The position numbers and the translations under genes were made by a program. DNA of 64,000 nt, taken from the NCBI GenBank assembly GCA_963829055.1, contig CAWHHI010000016.1:768001-832000 (forward strand), read 5' to 3'. The stretch's first letter is position 1. Each line of letters begins with the position of its first letter. The notes beneath the pieces were generated by a model. The model did no database searches. It saw only the letters and a program-made list of their open reading frames with translations, and was not told the origin of the DNA. Below are positions 10,584 to 22,871 of the stretch, one piece after another. The DNA is from an uncultured Gemmatimonadaceae bacterium. Lineage in GTDB: Bacteria > Gemmatimonadota > Gemmatimonadetes > Gemmatimonadales > Gemmatimonadaceae.

Positions 10584-11683
10584 CAGATTGGATGCAGAGC
10601 GTACACGGTCATGAGATCGTCGTCCAACTCGACCCTGCGCACGATCGGAAATCGCCGTGCGCCCGACGCCGCCATTGTAGGGGCGTTCTCGAACCCCGGC
10701 AGCGAACCGGCGCCAAGCAGGACTGGAGCCTGAAAGATAATCAGCCGATCGACGAGGTTGGCACCGAGCAGCGCGCCCGTGATCATCGCGCCGCCCTCGA
10801 CGAGTAACGAGCGGATCCCGCGCTGGCGGAGCGTGCGCATCGCTTCGTCGAGCGATGTGGCCGCAACCACGTCGACGCCGAGGGCCATGAGCCGACGCGC
10901 GTGCGCGAGGTCGACCGATTCCGCGACCACGATTGTCGGCACTTCGCTCGCCGTGCGAGCCAGCGCGCTCGCGAGCGGCAGTTGGCCGCGCCGCGTGAAC
11001 ACCACGCGGGCAGGCGGCACGCGCGGCGGCGGCGCATCGCGAACGGTCAGCTCCGGGTTGTCCGCGCGCACGGTGCCGAGTCCAACGCCGACCGCGTCGC
11101 TGCCCGCCCGTAGTCGGTGGACCTCCCGCCGCGCTTTCTTGGCGGTGAGCCAGGCCGGTCCGCGACCGGCGTCCGCGATGGCACCGTCGATCGACAGCGC
11201 GAGCTTCACGCTCACCCACGGCCGGTCGGACGTTACCGCATGGAAGAACGGCGCGTTCAGCTCGCGCGCCGCCGCGACCTCGATATCGAACGCGACGTCG
11301 ATCCCGGCGGCGCGCAATCGCTCGGCCCCACCCGACGCGGGTGCTGTTGGATCGCGTGTCGCGGCCACGACGCGCGAGACTCCGGCAGCGATGAGCGCGT
11401 CGACGCACGGAGGCGTCTTGCCGAAGTGATTGCAGGGTTCGAGCGACACGTAGACTGTCGCCCCACGGGCGCGATCGCCCGCGGCGCGGAGCGCTTCGAC
11501 TTCCGCGTGCGCTTCGCCATAACGCGAGTGATACCCCTCGCCCACGACTACATCGTCCTTCACGACAACGGCGCCGACCATCGGGTTCGGCGCCGTCTGC
11601 CCCCAGCCTTTTTTCGCGAGCGTAAGCGCGCGCCGCACCATGGCGGCGTCGCGCTCATCAGCACGCCGCGAGGCGTAGCTCAT
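10583..11683 (-). CDS. ribD: Bifunctional riboflavin deaminase/reductase RibD
   Basis: PNPMVGAVVV, HAEVEAL, LEPCNHFGKTPPC, KLALSIDG, LLVEGG. Confidence 0.96.
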   Translation of the reverse strand: MSYASRRADERDAAMVRRALTLAKKGWGQTAPNPMVGAVVVKDDVVVGEGYHSRYGEAHAEVEALRAAGDRARGATVYVSLEPCNHFGKTPPCVDALIAAGVSRVVAATRDPTAPASGGAERLRAAGIDVAFDIEVAAARELNAPFFHAVTSDRPWVSVKLALSIDGAIADAGRGPAWLTAKKARREVHRLRAGSDAVGVGLGTVRADNPELTVRDAPPPRVPPARVVFTRRGQLPLASALARTASEVPTIVVAESVDLAHARRLMALGVDVVAATSLDEAMRTLRQRGIRSLLVEGGAMITGALLGANLVDRLIIFQAPVLLGAGSLPGFENAPTMAASGARRFPIVRRVELDDDLMTVYALHPI

Positions 11684-11697
11684 CCGGAGTGGGTCAT

Positions 11698-12743
11698 TCA
11701 GTTTCCGATACGAAGTCCGACGGACGCATAGGTGAGCGCGTCGTCGGCACGCTTGCCCGAGAAGCTGTTGTACGTCTCGATCGTGCCACCCGACACGCGC
11801 CCGAACTCGGCCGCGAACTTGAGGAACGGGAAGTTGAGCGACACGTCGGCGAACATGTTCGACCGCGTCACCTTCTGCGTCAGACCGTACGGGCCGCCGT
11901 CGATGCTGAAGTTGCCCTCGTTCACGCGCACTGTTCCCGTTGCACGCGAATCGTACTGGTCTTTCCCGGCGCCGGCCGCGAGGCCGAGGAAGCCAAGCGA
12001 CTTGCCAACGACGCCACGCCATGCGGACGTCTGCACGCCGATGTCCGAGATGCGTGATGTTGTCGTCGCCGGATATCGCCGAGATGCCCGTCGTCGGGAG
12101 GTCACGCCGGAGGTACGTCACCGAAACCGACGGCGTCGCGACGGACTCGGTGAGGAGTCCGAGGCGCCCGCCGAAGCCGAGCTTGAGCGAGCCGCCGGGG
12201 ACGGAGAGCGCGACCTTGCTGCGCGTGAACTCCGGCACGTACGTGGCACTCACGAGCGCATCGAGCGCGAACGCGTGAGTGACGCCCATCGGGACGCCAC
12301 CGAACACTCCCAGCGCGCCCTCGACGGTCGGCAGCCCGACCACCTGGTCGTTCACATCATAGTCGCTCCGGACCGCCCCAGTGATCGCGGCGTCCATGTT
12401 CTCCACCTGCGGCACGCGTCCGCGAATGCCGTTCCCGCGCACGCCGATCGAGAAGTGGCCAAGGCCGCCTAACGCGCCGCCGGTGCCGAGCGTCGCACTG
12501 CCGCCGACGAGCCCGATGCCGAGCTGCGGCGTCATGAACGCGAAGATGTCGACCGCCTTCTGACAGGCGTCCTGTACCGCGCGATCAGGCAGCGTCAGCC
12601 CGGGGCAGCGCGGGTCGATGCCCTGCGCGTGGAGCGCGGCCGGGACCGAGAGTGCGACCGCGAGACCGGAGAGCGCAACAACCGTACGGAGCGGGGAGCT
12701 CGGTGAAACCTTCGAATGCGATCGACTTCGAGTGCGACTTCAT
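11698..12743 (-). CDS. Secreted or outer-membrane hypothetical protein (frameshifts near 12700 and 12060)
   Basis: Signal peptide ...ALSVPAALHAQ, then a Gly/aromatic-rich beta-strand-like body; C-terminus in ORF 11698..12105 ending YASVGLRIGN; GAGGA upstream of ATG 12743. Confidence 0.6.
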
Positions 12744-12755
12744 GCCGGTGGATCC

Positions 12756-13815
12756 TCAGCTGAGAGTGACACGCCCGCTGCCGGGGACAACTCGCCCCAG
12801 CGGCCAAGCGTTCACGCCCGCCGCGGCAGCGCTCGCAACGATCGCGTCGGCACCGCTCGCCGAACTGACGACGATCATGCCGACGCCCATGTTGAACGCG
12901 CGGAACATCTCATCGCGCGGGACTTGCCCCGCGCGCTCGAGGACCCGGAAGGCGTTAGGCACCTCCCATGTTGCCGTGTCGACCACGGCGTCCAGCGAAT
13001 CCGGCAGCGCGCGGTTGAGATTTCCCGGGATACCGCCGCCCGTGATGTGCGCCATGGCGTGGACGTGATCCTCCGCACCATCGAGCACCGGGAGCAGCGA
13101 CGCGAGATACGACTGGTGGACTCGCAGTAACACGTCGGCCACCGAGCCGTCCTCCCCCGGAAAGGGGTCGTGCGGACCGAGGCGCAACCGCTCCGCCACG
13201 ATCCGTCGCGCCAGCGAGTACCCGTTGGTATGCAACCCCGAGCTCGCCAACCCGACCAGCACGTCCCCGTCACGCACACGCCCTGAATCGAGCACGCGCG
13301 CCTCTTCCACACATCCGACGATGAAGCCCGCCAGATCGTAATCCGGCGGCACATACAACCCTGGCATTTCGGCAGTCTCGCCGCCGATCAGGGCACACCC
13401 GTTCTCGCGACAGCCTGCCGCCACACCACTCACTACCCCTTCCACGACCGCCGGCTCGAGCTTGCCGAACGCGACATAATCCAGGAAGAACAGCGGCCGC
13501 GCGCCCTGCACGAGGATGTCGTTCGTGCAGTGGTTCACGAGGTCGTGACCGACCGTATCGTGCCGATCGGCCTCGATGGCGACCTTGATCTTCGTGCCGA
13601 CACCGTCCGCGCTGGCGACGAGCAGCGGACTCGTTAGGCCCGACGGCATCCGGAACATTCCGCCAAAGCCGCCGAACGCGCCGCGCATGCCCGCGGTGCG
13701 CGTCGACTCGACGAGACGCGCGAGACGCCCCTTCGCGTCGTCGGCCGCCTCGATGTCGACGCCCGCGCTGCGATAGTCGAGCGCCCCGCTCGTGGCGCCG
13801 TCGGGGGCCGGTCAC
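12756..13815 (-). CDS. purM: Phosphoribosylformylglycinamidine cyclo-ligase
   Basis: LDYRSAGVDI, SADGVGTK, GGETAEMPG, SSGLHTNGYS, HITGGG, FNMGVG. The GTG at 13815 is in frame if one base of the G5 run at 13803-13807 is removed. Confidence 0.95.
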
Positions 13816-14729
13816 GCGGGCAGATCCTCCTCGTACGCGACGAGTCGTCGGAACTCGGTGAGACGTTTCCGGATGTCCGACGTGTCGATCTCGAGCAGGC
13901 GTTGAATCGAGAATCGCTCCACCGCGAACGAGCCCATCGCCGAGCCGTACACGACCGCGCGACGGAGACTGTCGTCGTCGATGCGGCCCGTGCGCGCCAG
14001 GTAGCCCATGAATCCACCGGCGAAGGAATCGCCGGCGCCCGTCGGATCGAACACATCCTCGAGCGGGTAGGCCGGCGCGAAGAACACGGAGTTTTCGGTG
14101 AACATGAACGCGCCATGCTCGCCCTTCTTGATGATCACGTGGCGCGGCCCGCGCTTCATGATCCATCGCGCGGCCTTCACGAGGTTCGCCTCCTCGGTGA
14201 GCTGCCGCGCCTCGCTGTCATTGAGCGTGATGAGATCCACGTGCTCGAGGAGCGCGAGGAGATCGGGACGACGGCTCTCGATCCAGAAGTTCATCGTGTC
14301 GCAGGCCACGAGCTTCGGGCGCTCCACTTGCTGCAGCACGTCCAGCTGAAGCCGCGGATCGATGTTCGCGAGAAAGACGAACGGCGCTCGGCGGAACTGT
14401 TCGGGGATCTTCGGCCGGAAGTGCGAGAAGACGCCGAGTCGCGTCTCGAGCGTTTCGGCGGAGTTGAGGTCGTGCCGGTATCGCCCGCGCCAGCGGAATG
14501 ATTCACCGTCGGCGCGCTCGAGTCCCGCGAGATCGACGCCGCGTTGCGCCAGCGGCGCGAGCTTGTCGACGGGATAGTCACTCCCCACGACGCCGACGAG
14601 CTGCACGGGCGCGAAGTGGCTCGCGGATGCGGAGAAGAACGTGCCCGACCCGCCCAGCACATCTTCGGCTTTGCCGAAGGGAGTCTCGACGGAATCAAGG
14701 GCGACAGAGCCGACTACCAGGACGGTCAT
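13812..14729 (-). CDS. PfkB/ribokinase family carbohydrate or nucleoside kinase
   Basis: VVGSVALD, GGSG and DPTGAGDSFAGG PfkB signature. Confidence 0.92.
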   Translation of the reverse strand: MTVLVVGSVALDSVETPFGKAEDVLGGSGTFFSASASHFAPVQLVGVVGSDYPVDKLAPLAQRGVDLAGLERADGESFRWRGRYRHDLNSAETLETRLGVFSHFRPKIPEQFRRAPFVFLANIDPRLQLDVLQQVERPKLVACDTMNFWIESRRPDLLALLEHVDLITLNDSEARQLTEEANLVKAARWIMKRGPRHVIIKKGEHGAFMFTENSVFFAPAYPLEDVFDPTGAGDSFAGGFMGYLARTGRIDDDSLRRAVVYGSAMGSFAVERFSIQRLLEIDTSDIRKRLTEFRRLVAYEEDLPA

Positions 14730-14749
14730 GATTTCGGGGGAAAGAGCAA

Positions 14750-14847
14750 GCTGGTGGCTGGGTGGTCGTGCTGGTGGCTGGGTGACGCTGGGTGCAGCTG
14801 GTCACTCAGCATCACCCAGCAACAAGCACCCACACCCAGCAACAAGC
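14750..14847. repeat. Dispersed GCTGGGTG-rich repeat (partial copy plus inverted partial copy)
   Basis: GCTGGTGGCTGGGTGGTCGTGCTGGTGGCTGGGTGACGCT matches the copies at 37174, 40612 (reverse complement) and 53900. Confidence 0.8.
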
Positions 14848-14859
14848 CGCAGTCGTCGA

Positions 14860-16512
14860 TCACATTCTCTCCGGCGCCGAGATGCCGAGGATGCCTAACG
14901 CATTGCGGAGCACGATCTGGGTCGCGCGGGCGAGGACGAGGCGTGCCGTGCGCAGCGGTTCCGGTTGGTCGAGCACGTGATGCTCGTGATACCAGCGGTG
15001 GGCGAGTCCCGCCGTGTCCTGCAGGTAGGCAGCGATGCGATGCGGCTCCAACGCGTCGGCCGCGCCAACGACGAGCGACGGAAAGTCCACGAGTTGCTTC
15101 GCGAGCTCTCGCTCTTCCAGCGTGTCGAGCACGGCGAGGTCGACGCTCGATGCGTCGATCGACGCCGGGTCGATCCCGCCCTGCCGAAAGATGCCGCACA
15201 TACGCGCGTGCGCCATCTGAATGCGATAGATCGGATTCTCGTCGGATTGCGTGCGCGCGAGATCGACGTCGAACCGGAGTTGCGACTCCGGCTTGAGCAT
15301 GAGGTAGAAGTAGCGAACAGCGTCGCGCCCGACCCAGTCGATCAGGTCGCGCACGGTGACGATGTCGCCCGCTCGCTTGGAGAACTTCACCTCCTGCCCC
15401 TCGCGCATCACCGTCACCATCTGGTGCAGCGCGTACTCGGGGTACCCCTCCGGGATACCCATGCCTAACGCCTGCAGACCCGCGCGGACACGGGTGACCG
15501 TGCTGTGGTGGTCGGCGCCCTGCACGTTGATGGCGCGCTGGAAGCCTCGGCCCCACTTGTCCACGTGATACGCGACGTCCGGCAGGAAGTACGTGTAGTC
15601 GCCGCCGCGCTCCCTGCTCCGGCGCATCACGCGGTCCTTGTCGTCGCCGAATCCGGTCGTGCGCAGGAACAGCGCGCCATCCTGTTCGTACGTGTGACCC
15701 GACTGGACGAGCGCCTCCACGGTCGAACCGACCTTGCCGTCGGTGTACAGCGAGCTCTCGAGAAAATAGTTGTCGAACTTGACGCCGAACGCCTGCAGGT
15801 CGAGGTCCTGTTCCTTCCGGAGCGCTGCAACCGCGAACTTCCGCACCGCGTCGGCGTCCTGACCCTCCGGATCTTCCGGATGCTGGGCCATGTAATCGAA
15901 CGCGATCTCGCGGATGTAGTCCCCGTGGTATCCGCCCTCGGGGATCGCGAGCGCACCGGTGCGTGACTCCGCGATGCGCGCCTGCACGCTGCGGGTGAGG
16001 TTGGCGATCTGCGCGCCGGCGTCGTTGTAGTAGAACTCGCGCGACACGCGCCATCCGGTCCATTCGAGCAGACTCGCGATGGCGTCGCCTAACGCTGCCT
16101 GACGGCCGTGGCCGACGTGCAGCGGGCCGGTGGGGTTCGCCGACACGAACTCCACGTTCACGTGGCGCCCCTGGCCCACGTCCGCACGGCCATACTGCGC
16201 GTCCGCGGTGACGATGTCGCGCAATCCACCAGCAACGGTCCCGGTGTCGAGCCGGATGTTGATGAACCCCGGCCCGGCGACGTACGCCTCGCTCACGCCG
16301 GCGCGCGCGAGATCCATGAGCCCGATGAGATCGGTGGCGATCTCCTGCGGCTTGCGGCGCAACGGCCTGGCGAGCGTCATGGCGAGATTCGTCGTCCACT
16401 CGCCGAACGACGGATCACGCGGCCGCTCGAGCACCGGCGCCACCGGCTCGGGCGCGCCTAGCGAGCGGGCTGCGCGAGTCAGCTCGTCACGAATGAGATC
16501 AGGCGCGCTCAT
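14860..16512 (-). CDS. argS: Arginine--tRNA ligase
   Basis: GPGFIN, VEFVSANPTGPLHVGHGR (HIGH-like), KFSKRAG. Confidence 0.97.
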   Translation of the reverse strand: MSAPDLIRDELTRAARSLGAPEPVAPVLERPRDPSFGEWTTNLAMTLARPLRRKPQEIATDLIGLMDLARAGVSEAYVAGPGFINIRLDTGTVAGGLRDIVTADAQYGRADVGQGRHVNVEFVSANPTGPLHVGHGRQAALGDAIASLLEWTGWRVSREFYYNDAGAQIANLTRSVQARIAESRTGALAIPEGGYHGDYIREIAFDYMAQHPEDPEGQDADAVRKFAVAALRKEQDLDLQAFGVKFDNYFLESSLYTDGKVGSTVEALVQSGHTYEQDGALFLRTTGFGDDKDRVMRRSRERGGDYTYFLPDVAYHVDKWGRGFQRAINVQGADHHSTVTRVRAGLQALGMGIPEGYPEYALHQMVTVMREGQEVKFSKRAGDIVTVRDLIDWVGRDAVRYFYLMLKPESQLRFDVDLARTQSDENPIYRIQMAHARMCGIFRQGGIDPASIDASSVDLAVLDTLEERELAKQLVDFPSLVVGAADALEPHRIAAYLQDTAGLAHRWYHEHHVLDQPEPLRTARLVLARATQIVLRNALGILGISAPERM

Positions 16513-16961
16513 TCGCTGGTGCCGCCCTTCGTCTTCCCCGACGACGGTTTGCTCTCGGTGCTCTTCGGCGTCTTCGCGGGCTCGGCCTTGGCGGTGCTAT
16601 TGCTCGATTCCGCTTTCGGCGCGGCGCTGCTGCCGCTGTCCGATTTCGCGCCGTCGCTCTTACTCGACGATTTGGCGTCTCCACTCGACTCGCTCTTCGA
16701 GTCAGCCTTGGGCTCGCCCTTGGATTCGCCCTTGGCCTCAGAGCCCGACGACTCCGGTCCGGACGTTCGGTGCGCGTTCCGCCCGTAATCGGTCAGGTAG
16801 AAGCCGCTCCCCTTGAAGACCAGTCCGGCACCGGCGGACATGCGTCGCTCGGCGATGGCGCCGCAGACCGGGCATGCGAACTCGGCCTGCGCGTCGCTGA
16901 TCTTGCGAAAGAAATGCTCGAAATCGTGCCCGTTAGGGCAGCGATACTCGTAAGTGGGCAT
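16509..16961 (-). CDS. FmdB family zinc-ribbon protein with a low-complexity Ser/Lys tail
   Basis: MPTYEYRCPNGHDFE...CPVCG...FKGSGFYLTDY. Confidence 0.9.
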   Translation of the reverse strand: MPTYEYRCPNGHDFEHFFRKISDAQAEFACPVCGAIAERRMSAGAGLVFKGSGFYLTDYGRNAHRTSGPESSGSEAKGESKGEPKADSKSESSGDAKSSSKSDGAKSDSGSSAAPKAESSNSTAKAEPAKTPKSTESKPSSGKTKGGTSE

Positions 16962-17020
16962 TGATACGAAACTTAGGGAGCCAGGGCGGACCCGTAACAT
17001 AGCGGGCCCCGGTAGCGCAC

Positions 17021-18656
17021 TCAAGCCGGGCGGTACTCTCCCCACACGGCGCGGAGTGCATCCGAGATCTCGCCCACGGTGGCGCGCGCACGAACCGCGT
17101 CCACGATGAGCGGCATCAGGGCCGTCCTCGGCGTCGCGGCCGATTCCGCATACGGCGGCGCGGCTGCACGCACGGCGGCGAGCACCGCGTTCACACGCTC
17201 ACTATCGCGTTTCGCGCGCACGGCGGCCACGCGCTCGACCTGCTCGCGCTCGAGGGTCGAGAAATCCGGGCGTCGGAATCGCCGGCGCGTCGTTGCCATC
17301 AGTGAATCGATTGACGCCGACGACCACGGTCTCGCCTGCTTCGACTCGCAGCTGATGCGCATACGCACTGCGCGCGATCTCTTCCTGGAAAAACCCGGCG
17401 GCGATAGCACGTTCGGCGCCGCCAAGCTCATCGACTTTCTCGATCAGCGCGATCGCCTGTCGCTCGATCTCGGTCGTCAGGGATTCCACGTAGTAGCTGC
17501 CCGCGAGTGGATCGACGGTGTTCGCGATGCCCGACTCATAGCCGACGATCTGCTGCGTGCGTAACGCGAGCGTTGCTGCTTCCGCGGTAGGCAGCGCGAG
17601 CGCCTCGTCGTAGCCGTTGGTGTGCAACGACTGCGTACCGCCTAACGTCGCTGCCAGCGTCTGGACCGCCACGCGAACCACGTTGTTGAGCGGCTGCTGC
17701 GCCGTCAGTGTGACGCCGCCGGTCTGCGTGTGAAAACGCAATCGACAGCTCGCATCGCCCGCCCCGAACCGCTCGCGCATGAGGCGACTGTAGATCCGGC
17801 GCGCCGCGCGGAACTTCGCGACTTCCTCGAACAGGTCGCTGTGGGCGGCGAAGAAGAACGAGAGGCGCGGCGCGAAGCCATCGACGGCGAGTCCTGCAGC
17901 GAGGGCCTGCTTCACGTACTCGATGGTGTTCGCAAACGTGAACGCGAGCTCCTGCACCGCCGTCGATCCCGCCTCGCGGATGTGATACCCGGAGATCGAT
18001 ATGGGATTCCACTCCGGAACCTCCGCCGCGCAGAATCGGAAGATCTCGGCGATGAGCGCGAGACTGGGCAGCGGCGGGTAGATGTACGTGCCGCGCGCGA
18101 TGTACTCCTTCAGCACATCGTTCTGAATCGTCCCGCTCACCTGCTGACGCGAGATGCCGCGTTCTTCAGCGGCGACGATGTACATCGCCAGCAGCACGCC
18201 CGCGGTCGCGTTGATGGTCATGGACGTCGACACGGACTCGAGCGGCAGCCGCGCGAGCAGGACGTGCATGTCCTCCACGGAATCGATCGCGACACCCACG
18301 CGTCCCACTTCGCCGAGGGCTCGCGGCGAGTCCGAGTCGATGCCCATCTGCGTTGGAAGGTCGAACGCGACCGAGAGGCCCGTCTGCCCAGCGGCGAGGA
18401 GATGCTGGAAGCGCTCGTTCGTCTCCGCCGCTGTTCCGAAGCCGGCGTACTGGCGCATCGTCCAGAGCCGGCCGCGGTACATCGTGGGCTGCACGCCGCG
18501 CGTGTACGGGAATCGACCCGGGTCCCCGAGGTCGCGGGCGTAGTCGGTCGGCGCGTCGTTAGGCCGGTACACCGGCGCGATGGGGATGCCGGACGGCGTG
18601 ACGCGTTCGCCGGACGAGTTGGCGGCTGATGCGGTCGGGCGGGACGTGGCGGTCAG
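17021..18656 (-). CDS. Methylmalonyl-CoA mutase large (substrate-binding) subunit; frameshift near 17269, start uncertain
   Basis: [52 protein letters not shown] and ARGTY are the MCM-type specificity residues. C-terminus in ORF 17021..17431 ([10 protein letters not shown]). No B12-binding domain. Confidence 0.9.
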
Positions 18657-18701
18657 GGCTCTGCTCCGAATGCGGTCACGCCTAATGATACGTCAGAGGC
18701 G

Positions 18702-18876
18702 GTCATTCCGAGCGCAGCCGCGAAGCGGCGGCAGTCGAGGAATCGCGAGTCTGACCGGTAGAGAGCGTTGTCATTCCGAGCGGAGTCGAGGAATCGAGCC
18801 TCTCTCGGTAGAGGGCCCTCTGCCGGACGACTCGATTCCTCGACTCCGCGCCTTCGGCGCTCCGCTCGGAATGACA
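18702..18876. repeat. REP-like palindromic cluster (GTCATTCCGAGCG...GTCGAGGAATC family), three units
   Basis: Units at 18702-18744 and 18769-18797, inverted unit at 18831-18876. Confidence 0.85.
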
Positions 18877-18903
18877 CGTGTTTCGCGCCGCCGCTCCGAC
18901 CGC

Positions 18904-19938
18904 CTACGCGGGCGTCGCCGACAGCGCAGCCTCGCCCGTGAGCATCTGCGACGCCGCCTCGACCTCGCTCTTGCTGCCGATAAATAGCGGCGTTCGCTGG
19001 TGGAGCTCCGTCGGATTGACGTCGAGGATCCGCTGCTGGCCGTCGCAGGCGAGGCCACCCGCCTGTTCGACGACGAACGCGAGTGGATTGGCCTCATAGA
19101 GCAGGCGGAGCTTGCCTTGCTTGTTCCGGCGATTGGCCGGATAGCAGAACACGCCGCCACCCAGAAGGTTGCGGTGGAAGTCGGCCACGAGCGACCCGAC
19201 ATAGCGCACGCTGAGCGGCTTTCGCGAGCCGCCGATACCGCGATAGCTGCGCATGAGCTGCCTCACCGGATCCGCCCAGTCCTCCTCGTACGAATCGTTC
19301 ACGGACAGGTAGCGCCCGCGCTCCGGAATTCTGATGTCGGGATGAGAGAGCAGGAACTCGCCGATGGACGGATCGAGCGTGAAGCCGTGCGCGCCCTGGC
19401 CCGTCGTGTACACGAGCATCGTACTCGAGCCGTAGATCACATAGCCGGCCGCGACCTGGCGCCGGCCCGGCTGGAGAAGATCCTCCATCTCGCCGCGCGC
19501 GCCGCGCGTGATCTTCCGCACGACCGAGAAGATCGTTCCGACCGGAACGTTGACGTCGATGTTCGATGAGCCGTCGAGTGGGTCGAACAGCAGCACGTAC
19601 TTCCCGCATTTGAAGTTCTCGGGAATGGGGATGATGTCGGGCTCCTCCTCCGACGCCATCGCGCACAGGCGCCCACCGTGGTCGAGCGCCTTGATGATCG
19701 TCTCGTTGGCGAAGACATCGAGCTTCTGCTGCATCTCACCCTGAACGTTCTCCTGCTCCGCGGAGCCGAGAATGTCGGCGAGACCGGCGCTCCTGACCTT
19801 GTTGGCGATCATCTTCGCCGCCAACGCGAGGTCATAGAGAACGCCGGACAGCTCGCCGGTCGCTTCGGGGTGGAGGCGCTCCTGCTCGATGATGAAGCGC
19901 TCGATGGTGACGACCAATGTGGCGGTGTGCTTGACCAC
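18904..19938 (-). CDS. fbp: Class 1 fructose-1,6-bisphosphatase
   Basis: [45 protein letters not shown]. Confidence 0.97.
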   Translation of the reverse strand: MVKHTATLVVTIERFIIEQERLHPEATGELSGVLYDLALAAKMIANKVRSAGLADILGSAEQENVQGEMQQKLDVFANETIIKALDHGGRLCAMASEEEPDIIPIPENFKCGKYVLLFDPLDGSSNIDVNVPVGTIFSVVRKITRGARGEMEDLLQPGRRQVAAGYVIYGSSTMLVYTTGQGAHGFTLDPSIGEFLLSHPDIRIPERGRYLSVNDSYEEDWADPVRQLMRSYRGIGGSRKPLSVRYVGSLVADFHRNLLGGGVFCYPANRRNKQGKLRLLYEANPLAFVVEQAGGLACDGQQRILDVNPTELHQRTPLFIGSKSEVEAASQMLTGEAALSATPA

Positions 19939-19940
19939 GG

Positions 19941-20342
19941 TTACACGTCCTGCGTTGATGGAGTGGCGCCGCTCCCCGCGAGTCGCGCCGATGCATACCG
20001 CCGCGCATCGACTTCGAAGCGGTTGGCCTGGTAGCCTCGCCGCAACGATTCCCAGATGTAATGCAACGGGAACGACACGCTGGCCTGAAACTGCTGAACG
20101 TGGCGGATTTCGTGCAAGAGCAGTTCCGCTTCCCATTTCAGGCGCGGGTCGAGCCAGATCGTGCGCCATAACGTTATGCCCGACACCGTCGTCGCCCCGA
20201 GACTCCAGCCGCCAACCCGCAGAGGGAGTCCGCCCACACGATACTGAGCGTCGCGAAGTTCCGGGTAGCGCTCGGCCAACTGTGGCGGCAGTTCAACAGC
20301 GCGGCCAAGCAGCGCCTCGATTGCTCGGCTCAGCGGACCCAC
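19941..20342 (-). CDS. Small putative zinc metalloprotein (HExxH; DUF4157-like)
   Basis: GITLW...[11 protein letters not shown]...NRFEVDA. Confidence 0.7.
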   Translation of the reverse strand: MGPLSRAIEALLGRAVELPPQLAERYPELRDAQYRVGGLPLRVGGWSLGATTVSGITLWRTIWLDPRLKWEAELLLHEIRHVQQFQASVSFPLHYIWESLRRGYQANRFEVDARRYASARLAGSGATPSTQDV

Positions 20343-22562
20343 CGCCCGCCCCCCGCCTCTACGCTGACAGCGCGACCATCAGTGCGCACGACGACGGTCC
20401 CGAGTTGATCGGTCCGAAGCACCTGGGCACCTGCCTCGCCTAAAGCCCGCACCACGTCGATGCTTGGGTGCCCATATGTGTTCGCGGCGCCGACGGACAC
20501 GAGCCCCACGCGCGGCTGCACGGCGGCGAGAAACGCCGGGGTCGTGCTGGTCCGGCTGCCATGGTGCCCGACCTTGAGGACGTCGGCTCTCAGGCCATCC
20601 GCGTTATGCGCCAGCATCCATTCCTCCTCGCCCGCCTCGGCGTCCCCGGTCATGAGGAATCGTACCTGCCCGTACTGCACCAGCGCCACCGCGCTCGCCT
20701 CGTTCGCATCGCTGAGCGACGCCGTCCACGACGAGTCCGGCGCCAGAAACCGGATGCGCACGCCGTCGATGTCGAGCGAGTCATCAGGATGCACGCGGCG
20801 CCACGCGACATGGTGCTGAGCGGCGGCCTCGAGCGACTCACGGTACGGCGTACTGCCAGCGATGTACGCCGCATCCCAGTACTCGGCCGGTTCGAGCGCG
20901 CTGACCACCGATGCTCCGCCTCCGACGTGGTCGCTGTGCGGATGCGAGAGCACGAACGCGTATACCTCACCGCCGCGCCGGCGGATGTAAGGGATCACAG
21001 TCGAGCGACCAGCGTCGCCACCAATCCAGCTTCGGCCGGCATCGAACAGAATCCATCGGCCTCTCGGGGTGCGGAGCGCAAGCGCGTCACCCTGCCCCAC
21101 ATCGATCATGTGCATCTCCATGACGCCGCCGCCGCCTGATATCTGAACACCGAGAGCGATGGCGGCGCACGCGAGGCCGCCGAGGATGAGACTCCGCGCG
21201 CGCCACGCGCTTCCGGGAGCGCTGGCACACGCGACGACGAGCGAAGCCGAGACGACGCCAAGCAACCCCGCCGTCCATAACGTGGGCGCGACCGGCACCG
21301 CGGCGAACGGGATTCGCGTCGAAACGTTGGCGACGACATCGACTGCCTGAAGCAGCACGTGCGCAGCATTCGCCGGAAACGCGGCAACCGCGGGGACAGG
21401 TGACAGTACGAGTGCGAGGAACAGCGTTGGCTGCAGTACCGTGAAGATCGGCCCGGCCGCCAGATTCGCGAGCGGCGCGACAATGCTCACGCGACCGAAC
21501 GTCCAGGCGATGAGCGGTAGCGACACGATCGAGGCAAGTGTCGATACGATGAGGTCTCGGGCAATCACCCGTCGCCAGCCGGTCACGCGCCCAGCGAGCA
21601 CGTGTCTCGCGAGCGCGCCGGACGCGATGAGCGCCGCCAAACCGGCGACGCTCAACTGGTAGCCGAGATCCACCATGATGCGCGGATTCACGAGCGGGGC
21701 CCAAGCCCCGAGCGCCAACGCCGCCCACGGAGACGTTGGTCGTTGCGTTAGGCGGGAGAGGGCGCTGGCGCCCAGCATGACGGCCGAGCGCACGGCCGGT
21801 GCGGGAGCGCCAATGACGACGACGTAGAGTGCAGTGATGATGAGTGCGAGCCACGTCGATGCGGCGCGCGATGCACGGGCGGCGGACAGCAGCAGCTCGA
21901 CGGCTCCCGCAATGATCGCGACGTGCAGCCCGGACACGGACAACAGATGTACGATGCCGGCATCCGCATAACGCGACCGGATCCCGGCATCGAGGGTGCG
22001 CGTGTCGGCGATCAGGAGCGCCCTCGCGAGAGATGCGTCGGATCCGAACGTCGCGTCTATCGCGCGACCGGCGCGCTCGCGCCACCGCCGTGCGAGGTCC
22101 GGACCCGCGCGGACCGCAAGCGTCGCGTGCTGCACGATGATGACAGTACCGGCGTGGGCCGCATCTCCACCGACCGTGACGCGGGAGCCCGCGACCGCAA
22201 CACCGTGTTGGACGAGGAGACTGGCGCGCATGGCGCAGCCATGATCGTCCACGGTGGCGGGGACGCGAGCCCCGGGACGCGCATCGGCTCTCGACGACGG
22301 CCGTGTAAACGACATGGGCGTCCGCCTCCGCCGTCGCGGGGATCGCCGCCCGCTCGCAGCGCGCGTCCGCATCCGCGGCGACCTTCGCCCGGAGGACGCC
22401 CGCGACCGCGAGCAGGCCCAGAGCTCCAAGCCTCGCGTCGCGGCGAGCGACGGCTGCCATCCCCATCGCGGCTGACGCGAGCAGCCCGGCTAACGAAGCG
22501 CCGCCGAACCCGAGAAGGAGTCCGGCGGCGTGAGCGATGAACGCGGCGGTGATGAGCGGCAA
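20330..22562 (-). CDS. comEC: DNA internalization competence protein ComEC/Rec2 (frameshift near 22290)
   Basis: GIVHLLSVSGLHV competence domain; DVGQGDA, SHPHSDHVGG, TGDAE, KVGHHGS metallo-beta-lactamase domain; hydrophobic N-terminus in ORF 21087..22562. Confidence 0.93.
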
Positions 22563-22574
22563 GAGAGTCTCCTG

Positions 22575-22871
22575 CTATCCGCCCTCTCCCAGTGGGATGT
22601 AGTCCTCGGGGCCGTGGCGCGGATTCTGGTTGACGCGGCGCATGGCGTCGAACACCAGCACCGCGATCTCGGCTCGTGCCTGATCGCCCGCAAGCGAGAC
22701 GCGCGTGACAGCCGCTCCAATCGGAGAGCCGCCGATGTACCGCGGTCTAGCTTTGTTCAACGCCTGCGCGATCACGTCATCGTGACAGCGCTCACAGGAG
22801 CAATACTCCGCGTGGCGCTGCTTGAGCTGCACGTAGACCTCGCCCACCATCTCTTCCAGCGCGTTTTTCAT
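22575..22871 (-). CDS. ComFB family (late competence development) protein
   Basis: MKNALEEMV...CSCERCHDDVIAQALNKARPRY...VNQNPRH: N-x-x-E, CxCxxC, ALN..PRY and terminal PRH pattern of ComFB. Confidence 0.85.
   Translation of the reverse strand: MKNALEEMVGEVYVQLKQRHAEYCSCERCHDDVIAQALNKARPRYIGGSPIGAAVTRVSLAGDQARAEIAVLVFDAMRRVNQNPRHGPEDYIPLGEGG

Noticed and set aside
10583..12535. 650-aa ORF joining a secreted protein to RibD
   Set aside because: Caused by a frameshift near 12060. The upstream protein's real C-terminus is in ORF 11698..12105 and RibD starts at about 11683.
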